Shown here: one piece after another, positions 27,901 to 40,443 of the stretch
How positions within the stretch are numbered: position 1 is the first letter of the stretch
Layout: each line of letters starts with the position of its first letter
Source: Octopus sinensis
Lineage: Eukaryota
Direction: 5' to 3'
Assembly: GCF_006345805.1 (NCBI RefSeq)
Contig: NC_043004.1
Span: 101,742,001-101,806,000 of the forward strand
DNA: 64,000 nucleotides
The notes under the pieces: model-generated
What the model was told of the DNA's origin: nothing
Database searches by the model: none
Seen by the model: only the letters and a program-made list of their open reading frames with translations
Made by a program: the position numbers and the translations under genes

Positions 27901-28956
27901 CACAGCTCTTCAATATCCTCCCGAAGAACCTGAGAGACCTGCATGGGGTGGATACAGATGTCTTTAAAATGAAGCTGGATCTCTTCCTGTCAGGTGTCCC
28001 AGATGAACCAACTTCACGGCAGGAGGGGCAGATGAGGGCAGCTGCATCGAACTCTCTCATGCACCAAATAGCAGCTGCTAGAAAGCCTTCATGAAGTGAA
28101 ACCAAGTAGCAACACCAAATGGCGGTGCCCCAGCATGGCCACAGCTCATAAGCTGAAACTGGAAAAATCAAAAATCAATCAATCAAATCAAATATATTGT
28201 TTGTTCCTTCTCGAGCCATGCCTGGCTAATAGGGCTGGTTTCCCGATTTCCTTGGCGTATAGGTTCCCCACCTGAACGGGACACCGGTCCGTCGCAGATG
28301 AGCTGCAAGATGCAGGAGGTAAAGAGTGAGAGAAAGTTGTGGTGAAAGAGTCAGCAGAAGTTCACCATTACCTTCTGTCGGAGCCGCGTGGAGCTTCGGT
28401 GTTAAACTCACCCATGGAGCTTAGATGTCAATTTTACACATCGCCCGGTCAGAGATTCGAACCCACGATCCCTCGACCGCGAGTCCGCTGCTTTAACCAC
28501 TAGGCCATGTGCTTCCACACACACGTGTACATTTAAATACAAGAAGTATTCGTCATAGGATTCCTGACACGCTAGAAGGAACAGCCAAAGTCCACACAAC
28601 TATTAGAGTCCAGAAGATAGATGGCAATTTTTTTACTTTTCATTCCCTTCGACGTTCTATCCCAAATAGTGGTTTGGACTTTGGCTGTTCCTTCTAGCGT
28701 GCCAGGAATCCTATGACGGATACCTCTTATGTGTTTAAATGTACACCGTATTTATATGAATAATATATAGTGTATTGACTAATTTTTTTACACGCTAGGC
28801 CACTGGTAGTAAAAAATTATAAAATCTTTATAACCCTCATATTACGCTAAATTATGTATTTTCAGCGAGGACTCCATAATAATATTCCGGGATTCGAGCT
28901 CACAACCACACGATCGTAAGCTCGACGCTCTAACCACTGAGCCATGCGCCTTCACC

Positions 28957-28994
<38 letters not shown>

Positions 28995-30834
28995 GTAATA
29001 AAATAGAACATAATGCATATATAAAACTATATGTACGTACATACCTCTACATGTACATATACACGCATATATGTGTACAGGACACCAAAAAGTCGTCGAA
29101 CACATAGAGAGACGAAAAACATAGACACAAACCAAGGAACAGGACAAGCAAAAAGGAAAAAAAGATACAGGACAATAAGCACAACGAAAAATCCCCTTCT
29201 TCAGTCGCTAAGGTTTCATCTACTCTATGTTTCGAAGGATAAAAGCGAGACGACTTATACTTCGAAGAAACTTCCTTCCTGCGAAAAGCAAATCAATTAA
29301 AATTCTGAGATCTTTTCGCAGAGGGGTAAAAAATGGTTTAAAAAAAGCAAGACGGTAACGACAGTACAAACATAAACAGTAAAAAAAAAAAAAAAAAAAA
29401 TTATATAAACAGTTGAAAAATAAAATATAACAGTGAGAGACAGGACAAGGAGAACAAGATAAGAAGGGCTTTTACGCCAGACGAAAAAAGTAATGCAAAC
29501 GCTGGATTATAGTGGACGACGAGAGAGAAAGAATGTCGACCAGTGGCCTTAGAAGGCGGGCGAGAAAAGACAGGATAGCAGTTACGACGGAAGTATCGTC
29601 GCAGATGGACGACGGGAATGGGGGAGGAGGAGCAAGAGGAAGAGAGAGAGAAGGGGAATGGTGCGAGGAGACCATGAAGAATGGTGAGGGAGAGAGAGAG
29701 AATGAAGAATGAGAGAGAGAGGAAGAGACAAGTTAATTGAGGAAAAAGGACGAAAAAGGGAATGGGAGAGAAAGAAAGAAAGATGCAGAGTCGCGTGAGA
29801 GTTAATATCAAGGCTAACTTGATAAACAGAACAATCTTACTTAATAGGGTGCGTGCGTTTAGTCGTATAATATGTTAATAAAATAGAACATATGCATATA
29901 TATAAACATATATGTACGTACCTACCTCTACATGTACATATACACGCATATATGTGTACAGGACACCAAAAAGACGTCGAACACATAGAGAGACGAAAAA
30001 CATAGACACAAACCAAGGAACAGGACAAGCAAAAAGGAAAAAAAGATACAGGACAATAAGCACAACGAAAAATCCCCTTCTTCAGTCGCTAAGGTTTCAT
30101 CTACTCTACGTTTCGAAGGATAAAAGCGAGACGTATACTTCGAAGAAACTTCCTTCCTGCGAAAAGCAAATCAATTAAAATTCTGAGATCTTTTCGCAGA
30201 GCGGTAAAAAATGGTAAAAAAAGCAAGACGGTAACGACAGTACAAACATATAAACAGTAAAAAAAAAAAAAAAATTATATATAAACAGTTGAAAAATAAA
30301 TATATAACAGTGAGAGACAGGGCAAGGAGAACAAGATAAGAAGGGCTGTTTACGCCAGACGAAAAAAGTAATGCAAACGCTGGATTATAGTGGACGACGA
30401 GAGAGAAAGAATGACGACCAGTGGCCTTAGAAGGCGGGCGAGAAAAGACAGGATAGCAGTTACGACGGAAGTATCGTCGCAGATGGACGACGGGAATGGG
30501 GGAGGAGGAGCAAGAGGAAGAGAGAGAAGAAGGGGAATAGTGCGAGGAGACCATGAAGAATGGGCGGAGGAGAGAGAGAGAGAAAGAAGAAGAGAGAGAG
30601 AGGAAGAGACAAGTTAAGTGAGGGAAAAAGGACGAAAAAGGGAATGGGAGAGAAAGAAAGAAAGATGTAGAGTCGCGTGAGAGTTAATATCAAGGCTAAC
30701 TTGATAAACAGAACAATCTTACTTAATAGGGTGCGTGCGTTTAGTCGTATAATATGTTAATAATAAAATAGAACATATGCATATATATAACATATATGTA
30801 CGTACCTACCTCTACATGTACATATACAAGCATA

Positions 30835-30906
<72 letters not shown>

Positions 30907-30986
30907 ACATATATATATACATATATATATATATATACATATATATGTATATATTATATAACATTATATATACATATATATATACA

Positions 30987-31040
<54 letters not shown>

Positions 31041-31271
31041 GCTATATTTTTGAATTGGATTAATTTTAAATCGAATTAATTTTAATATTGCCGATTTTAT
31101 TATTATCGATTTAACGATATAGTCACGAAACGCGTGTAGTCAATTTAATGTTTATTTAATTTAATGATTGTTAGAATAATGTTTATCATAATATATTTAA
31201 ATTTTTCTAGATGAATTAATATATCTTTCACTGTCAATCGAATTACTTAATAGAGGTTATTTCTCTTAATT

Positions 31272-31316
<45 letters not shown>

Positions 31317-34300
31317 CATATATATTTATTTATTAACGGTCAATTCAGGAATGTGTACCACCTCATGTGAAAATGTGTGCGTGTGTGTGTGTGTATGTGT
31401 GTGTGTGTGTGTGCGTGCGTTCGTGGGTGTTAGTGTGTGCGTGTTTAGGTACATGTGTATATGTATCTATGTGTGTGCGTGTGTATACTTCTTTAACTTG
31501 CTAGCTAGATTATAGATTTCAGAATTCGGCACAATAAAATTATGCGAAAGAAAAACAAAATTCAAAGATAAAACAAGTACTTTCATGCCTTCTGCAACAT
31601 TGAGGCAGTATTAATCAACTGATATATATTTCATAATGCTTATTATGGGGTCCTCGCTGAAAAATACATAATTTAGCGTAAAATGTTTCCAAAAATTTAT
31701 CAAAACAGTTCTATATCTAGAAGCAACTTTATATTGAGGGCTGGAACGTACAATTTCCTCTAAGTTAGACTGGCTTATTGTCCCAGCAGACAAAATGAAA
31801 AAAAAAAAAGCGTTGCCGCTGAGGGAGATGCGCTGGAATTTGTCTGTAGATTAGTGTTCAAAGATTGATACCCACAATGAGTTTTGAATACAGAAACCAA
31901 AAAGTTGGAACCATAATGGATATGCTATGTTAACCTCCCCACACCAAAATTCTACTGCCTCCATTAGTTGATAGTACGAGTAAACAGGTGTAGATATATA
32001 TTTCTATTATCGAAATAGTAACTGAATTTTTTAAAAAATAGCTATATTCATTTGTTTTGTTTCAGTTATGGTTTGTATGACAAGAATAGTTCCAATCTGA
32101 TCTTACTCGACTGGAGGGGACAGTCGATTAGAACGACCACAGTAGGCAACTGGTACTTAATTTAATGACCCGAAAGGATGAAAGGCAAAGTCAATCTCGG
32201 TGGAATTTGAAATCAGAACGCAACGACAGACGAAATACTTATTTCTTTACTACCCACAGGGGGCTAGACACAGAGGGGATAAACAAGGACAGAAAAACGG
32301 ATTAAGTCGATTACATCGATCCAGTGCATAACTGGTACTTATTTAATGGACCCCGAAAGGATGAAAGGCAAAGTCGACCTCGGCGGAATTTGAACTCAGA
32401 ACGTAACGGTAGACGAAACACCAACTTCTTTACTACCCACAAGGGGCTAAACACAGGGAGGACAAACAAGGACAGACAAACGGATTAAGTCGATTATATC
32501 GACCCCAGTGCGTAACTGGTACTTATTTATCGACCTCGAAAGGATGAAAGGCAAAGTCGTACTCGGCGGAATCTGAACTCAGGACGTAACGGCAGACGAA
32601 ATACCGCCAAGCATTTCACCTGACGTGCTAACGACTCTGCCAGCTCGCCGCCTTCTTCCTCAAAAATATTTTTCCGACCCTTAGTATTTTAGAATCGACA
32701 TCGATATATGACAGATGTATTTTTTCAAAACTGTAGGTATCAAAATGTAGGTTCGACTTCTACGGGGTTCGAAAGTAGATCACACTTTGTTTTTATAGCT
32801 TTATCAGAGGCAAAAGGTCAGCACCTGAGGAAGAAATGAAGTTTTCGGAGACCAAGATCGAAAGGAACAGAGATGACTTCACAGAAGGAATCCAGGCACC
32901 TAATGGTGGCAATGTTATGGATGAAGTTTATAACCTAAGAGAGAAGAGGTTAAATAGTATTTTGTTTTATTATTTAGCCTGTCAACTTTACTGATCTCCA
33001 TTACGTTGGTCAAATTCACGTTTCGATTTTGTATTGTAAAAAGGATTACAAACAGATAAATAGAAAATGAATGAATGAATTAAAGATATTAAAAGGATTA
33101 TGAATTCTTACTTCATTCATTCTGAAATAAAAGAATAAATAAATAAATTGATTAATTTAAAAAATTAAAAGGAATATAAATTCTTACTTTATTCATTCTG
33201 AATTGTATATGAAATGCATCATTTGGCATTTCTGGTTCAGGCAACTGGTCTTCAAGCAGATACAGACTTTTGACGCCATCCAGTTGAAAGTTCTCATTTA
33301 TCATGTCTGTCTTACCGTAGCCCCACAGGACTCTCATTGTATTTTGCTAGAAAAGAAAAGAAGAAAGACTCTTATCATAATCCTCTTATTCCCTTCTACC
33401 TCTTCCACGTCATCACGATCATCCTCCTCCTCCTCCTCTACTTCATCAAATTCAAAATCAATTTCATCAGGATCCGCACCATTATCATCAAAAGCAACAA
33501 TATTCACGCGAGATATGAGACGTCTGCTCAATCTGGAAGAAAAAGCATCTAAATTTCCTCAACTCATTATTTCAAAATTTCTTCAAAGTGGAAGCGCGCG
33601 ACGGATAATGCAGTCCAAGTTAAATGAGACTGGTACCGACTGGATTGTCTTTGATTATGAATCTGACTGATCAGGGCTGACCTGAGGTCTAAAATCAAAC
33701 AGGTGGTTGAGAATGGAACGCTTTTGATTATTTCGACTTCCTCTAATCAGCTGTCTACAGTCAGCAATAAATATTGGATCTTTTAAAGTCGATATTTTGT
33801 TACGTTAACGAAACCTGGTCATTTTAAAATCAAGCAGCCACGTAAAGTATCCTTCCGTACGAAAGGGTTTTACAAAGAATTCTTTGGGTGCCTTTAACCT
33901 ATTGAATATATAATCTAGAGGAATATTTGAATTCTTCACCGCATTGCAAAGTATCGCACAAATCAATTTTACTTTGCAGGTATGGCTTATAACTGTGAAC
34001 CGTTTCCTCAAAGTAATACGTATCTTAGACTTTACAGACGCAATCTAATACTTGACATAAGACAAACACTGATATTACCGATGCAAGTTGATGAGAGATT
34101 TATCATATACTAAAGAGAACTTGGAAAACTGTAACGGCACCAGATTTCGTTGTAATCTTTTTAAATTAAAGAAATTAGATTTAAGCCTTTTTGTCTAGAA
34201 AGGATAAGTCAATATTGACATATTTCGAATAGTTATGCAGTGAACTATAGATTTTGCTTAATGATTACATTAATTTCGGCAAGTACAGAAGATAACACTG

Positions 34301-37177
34301 TCCACGTTTTAGCTGAATTAGACCTTCTCAGCATAAAGTGAATTTCACCGCAATTGCTTAAATAATGATGAGAGAATCACAAAATAGATATATGATGTAG
34401 TACATGAGTAGGCGTAAAATATTAATACATTTAATAAATAAGTGTCCCACATCATATTCTTTTTTTAAATTCCGCCTTCATAGAAAAGAATATTTAATCC
34501 AGCATTAACACAGTTTATATTATGTGCACTAAAAATCGGCGAGGAAATGACAATATTATCTCATTGACATCCTATTATAATAATTTCGGTAAATACCAAA
34601 GAAAATTAACAATTAGGTGTGTGATTATAACCAATTACACACTATTTAATTCACTTTTCTTCTGCTAACTACTCTTGCGATGTATATATATTTTACAACT
34701 AACACATATATAGGCAGCTATATCTCTGTAGAACATACAGTTTTTTGTATTGGTTTCTTTGACTATGAATTACCGCATTCACCTGCAAACTTTATAAGTT
34801 ACAAACATAATTAAGATCTTAAATGTTATTGAATAATTTTGATATTTGTATTTCAATATGGTAAAACTAAAACTATACAGCTAAACCTCGTGTAAAAATT
34901 GTTTAAAATAAAGATTGCTATCGTTGGCATCAGTGGGGAGTTGACCGTCGAGCCTCGCCGGTCTAGGGGCTTGTTCACAATAAATATATACATCAGGGCC
35001 TAGTGCACTGATTTGCTCGGGGCCTATAATACTACAAAGAGGGTCCTAATTGGCATAAATTTTGGGGAAGGTACGTTTGATAAAACAAGTCTGTGCTTCA
35101 TTTTATTGACAGCGGGATGATAAAAGCAAAGTCGATTAGAGGGGAATTTTAACAGAGTCGTAACAATATATGGCAAGGGATTTCATCTAATCCAGTCCCA
35201 TTTTTATTAGTCCCTTGCAATTTAAATAAACACTTATGACACTTGCACAAGGCCATATATTTAAAAGTGGGTTTACTCGATTGCAACAATTCAAGTACTA
35301 GTACAGGTACAAGACAGGAAAGTACTAGACAGGTACCAGACAGGAAAAGATAAGTTAATATCCGGCGGAATTGAAACACGAACATAAAAAGTTGTAAGAA
35401 AAATACCACAACATATTTTGTTCGTAGCTTAACCGGTTTTGCCAACGTACAATTAAAAAATATTCAAAAACAGGAATGAGAAACAGTATATGATACAGGT
35501 CGTAGGAAACGTGCATCAACAATGAAACAAAAATAAAGCATAGTAGATTGTTGTTTACAAGATTTTGACAAGATTTGACAAAATTTGAATGATACTCAAA
35601 GTTAGCAAGATATTACACGTAATAAATAAATCAAGACGGGTTTTCATTCCTTGACTGATATACGCATAAATAAATAGATAAATAAATAAAGTTTATCTGT
35701 CAGCTGGAGACAGTAAACGATTACCTTTAACGATGGGAGTCGTTAAAGTCTAACACAGAAAAGAGGAAATAATTTCAAGAAATTAAAAGTCAATTACAAA
35801 AATTAGTTATTTTTATAAGCGTGATCGGAAACAGTGGCTTCCATATTTTTGCCTTATAAGTCACTCACAGCGAAAAATAAAGAATACTACCTGCTCTATC
35901 ATGCTAACAATGCTTTGCTGACGTAGTCTAGGAAGCTCAAAACAAATCACACCATCCTTCCTTCCAATATAAAGATCATGTTTCCTGATAAGTATAAAAT
36001 TAATGGCTTTAAATTAATTCTTAATTACTTGAAAATATTTCCATTCTTCTTTGCAACAAACAACTGCAGCTTGCTTTATATTCCTCTCGCTAAAAATGTA
36101 AATCTTGTAAAATATGTTACGTACGCCATTTTGTATATGAACACTTGCTCAATCTATTTCATTAATTCGTATTACGTCTTTAATTAAGTAGTTTATCTTA
36201 GCTAAATTTTGTATAAAATAAAATACTTACTGTGATATTCATCTTCATATTTGGCCCAGAAAGTTCTCTAGAGAATGTCAATGTTGTTTCCATGTTAGAC
36301 TCATTGGAGTACATAAGATGCCATTCACTGATTGATTGTAAAGACAATTTTCCGTCACTATTGCCATAATAGTTCTGCAATAAGACAAATGTATATATAT
36401 ATATATAGTTGAGAAGGTTGGTGTGTGAAAGCACGTGGTTGAATTTATAGAAAATAGTAAAAAGTGAAAAAAACTACAGAAGGCTTGTTTTAAAAGGTTA
36501 AAAAATATATATTTGAGTCATTATGTCAGAAAAATGTTATAAACTTTTTTTCATACAGTGACATAGTTTTTGAAGAAATTACCGGTTTCGTGTTTAACAT
36601 ATCAAATTTCTCAAAACATCGTTATGATTTCGTTAAGAAGTGTAAAGAAGAGTTCCAGGTAAGGGGAGGTAATAAGTGATTTCTTCCGGTGTAAGGGAGA
36701 TAATCGCTTTATATTTCTTGCCTTTTTTTAATGGGGTGAGTTTCTCTGTATAAGAATGTTAGAGTGGTTAAGTTTGGGCTTATATTTTTCAATGAATAAT
36801 GTTTCCTTGTTTAGTCTAATTTGTGTTGGTGTTCCAATAGCACATTGGTAAAATGGAAAGATTAAAAATTGTGGTAGTAGTTGCTTTGCGTATTTCTCAA
36901 TATGCTCTTTAAAGGGTATCATTCTGTATTCTGGGAATGCAATCTGTTGTCGATGCAGTGTGTATCTACGTCTGAGTGATAGTCCCGTGGACCCCACGAA
37001 GTCTTGGTGGCAGCCCGAGCATCTTGTGACTTAAATTATGTTTTCAGAGGCACAAGTAAAATTAGATTTGACCTTGAAATTTTGTCCCTCTTTGTATATA
37101 TATGTATATATATGTATATATGTATATGTATGTATGTGTATGTATGTATGTATGTATGTATGTATGTATGTATAAAA

Positions 37178-37219
<42 letters not shown>

Positions 37220-37903
37220 CAGGTATGTATTTTTCCCTTGTTTACAATTAACACAGACAAATAGACAAACATTGACCAGGGCAGCAAAAAATCACTGAAG
37301 TAAAAAGGGCTTAACACCTTATTTTTAAACGTAGAAAATCCGGTTTTATGTGAAATATTTTTTATAATATATATGAATAAATAAATGGAGTTAAACGCGG
37401 GTGTTATTCAAATTCTTTTACTTCCGAAACATGTTTCGAAGACATCATTGGTACTATTTCAAAGGAATAAAATGGTGTAAAACAATGTAATCTTCTCTTC
37501 AGGGAAATGAAGAAATAAAACTCGTCAATAGTACATTTTAACAGAATATCATTGGGGCCTTAACGATCTCGTCGAGGTTCAGAGTTCTTCTCGTTACACC
37601 CTGCCATGCCATGCTTCGGTAGTATTGTCATGCTATGTCCACTACACGCACCACTCTCATGTTTATCAATGATTTCTTTCTTCAATTCTATCGCAATGAG
37701 CTTTTTCTTCTTCTCGGCATTCTTTGGACTAACCTTCTTAGGACCCATGGGAAAAACATAATAGAGATGTTGCCATAACGAGAGGAATGCGTGAAATGAG
37801 CACTTGTATGAAACTCGTTGGTACTGCGGATTTACACTCGCACGAGCCTCGGCTCGTACAGCAAATTGATCATAAATCGGTGCACTCGTACTGCGAGGTT
37901 CTA

Positions 37904-37954
<51 letters not shown>

Positions 37955-38269
37955 TATATATACACAACTTTCTTATTTCTTTACTACCCACAGAGAGCTA
38001 CGCACAGAGGGGACAAATAAGGACAGACAAACGGATCAAGTCGATTATATCGACCTCAGTGCGTAACTGGTACTTATTTTAATCGACCCCGAAAGGATGA
38101 AAGGCAAAGTCGACCTCGGCGAAATTTGAACTCATAACGTAACGGCAGACGAAATACCGCTAAGCATTTCGCCCGGCGTGCTAACGTTTCTGCCAGCTCG
38201 CCGCCTTACACACTGCGCCTATAATAGATAGATAGCTAATACATACAAACATACCGACAGACACACACA

Positions 38270-38339
<70 letters not shown>

Positions 38340-39202
38340 TTTGTGAAATAGAAAGATGAATAATCTTGTTGCAGATTAATCAAAAGTTTAACCGATACCT
38401 TGGTAGCAAAAATCACACCAGAAGACAGCACGGTTGGAGGTACAACCATATGGTGTTGCAACCATGCGTTGGTGCGGATAATTGAATTTTAATATTATTA
38501 GTGAATTGAAGAAATGGAGTTGAACGAAGATTGAACAGAAATCGTTTTATTGCATTCTACACGTGTTTCGAAAGCCACAATTTACCAAATTCCGATTGAA
38601 TAAGGAGACCATATTGTGTCTTTCTCTTCAGGAAGAAATAGGAAATCCGTTGGAAAAAACAAAAACAGAACAGAGGCGGAGCAAAACAAATCGAACGAGG
38701 CTCCTAAGAGCCCATGGCCAAACTGTTTTTCAATGTATGTTGAAAACGGGTGGTGGGTGCGTTGAAGATTTTAACAGGTCAGGCAGCGGTCATTCCGGTG
38801 GGTGAGAGCACGGGGTGCTTAGATGTTCTTTGTGATCGAGACTAAAGTTCTGACTATTTAAAGAATATTAGGTGTATTATATGGGGCGAGACAAAATCTA
38901 CTTAGAAACATGTGTGTGTGTACTGTTCTATATATGCGCGGCCGCAAGTTGGTAAGAAGCGCTACACTCTGGTCACTGCTGAGAAATCCGTCAGGGGGTA
39001 GAAAATATTTTATGTGTTCGTATGTGCGTTTGATCGCGCGGCCGTCAGTTGGTAAACAGCCCTACACAAAGGTCACTGCTGTAAAATCCGTCAGGCGGCA
39101 GAAAAATATTTTATGTGTGCGTGTGTTCGTCTAATCATGCCTTGTCAAAGAAACCCCCCGTCGTCAAAACAAAACACGTGTTTTGACGACGGGGGTTTCA
39201 CT

Positions 39203-39241
<39 letters not shown>

Positions 39242-40382
39242 CACTCAGAACCAAGAATAGCCGATACCCTCTCAAAGACACAACATGGGAAATTTCAATG
39301 TACTCTTCACCACAAGACAAAACACACCCACTCAATGATACACCCAAAGAACCCTCCACATCTCTGATGTAATTTCTTCGTGAATCAATCTTTCGGGCGG
39401 AACTATAAGGAAAATAAGGACTCCTCCCATCTGAGATACATTCCACATAATGAAGACTTGGAAAATGACCAAAGAAGAAGTAGGAACTTCTCCTGCTCGA
39501 GACATATCTTCCAAATGACCACCTCATCCAAACCACAAAATATAACCATTATGACAACCACACACAGAACCGACCTCAACGGAGAACTCACAATAGACCA
39601 GGGGTCAACGGAAGGGCAGTCAATAAGAACACTAATTCCTTATATCAATACCCAATAAACAATTTTTTAGGCAAACTAGTTCAAAACGGGGACACTCGAT
39701 AGCACTAACCAAATGTGAGATCCCGAAGGTGATAAATCTCTCACATAAAACCCTTTCAAACCAACAAATCGAAATTCTCGCAAAAGGACTGAAATTCACC
39801 CGAACACTACAAAGATCGGACCTAAAGGATATACAAAATGATATTCAAGAATTCTAATGATTACTCAATACCTCATCATAAAAGTAACTACTGTCCGATA
39901 AAAGGAAGATCAAACTCTGGATAACTTTTGTGATTTGGTATCCAATTATCCCTATAATTTACTCTCACCTCAAAATTTTAGAAACAAGAATGGGAAATCA
40001 TTAATGATCACAAGGGGGATCATAACATAATTATACAAGAAGCCGATAAAACGAGTGTTTTAGTAATTATGGACTCAGAATAATACATAAACACTACCTT
40101 AATCTTCTTTCAGGACAATACCTTTTACGAAAAATTTAACAGCTACCGTTAATCCAAGATAATGACAAAACTTTCTACCCTTATTCACCAGTGCCAACAA
40201 GATTTAACAGAAAAGGAGAGAGATAACTTGACTAGATTTGATTACAAAACCAGTAACTTTCATGGACTTCTCAAAATCTACAAAAGTACAGCCATAAACT
40301 ATTGTTGGCAACTGTCACTAAGGTGTCTGTAAAATGATCAACATCATCATCATCAGCATCATCATCATCATCATCCTCATCC

Positions 40383-40443
<61 letters not shown>

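Larger units (their letters stand above)
23351..28192 (+). mobile_element. Near full-length CR1-group LINE
   Basis: 5' tandem repeats, ORF1, overlapping APE-RT ORF2, short 3' UTR and an (AAATC)n-like tail at about 28164-28192. Confidence 0.92.

Noticed and set aside
31108-31143. gaaacgcgtgta hammerhead half
   Set aside because: The upstream box reads ttaacga and helix II is poor; too decayed to call
33203-33670. 155-aa Ser-rich ORF and opposite-strand acidic ORF
   Set aside because: They arise from the antisense of exon 3 plus an intronic (TCC/TCA)n tract
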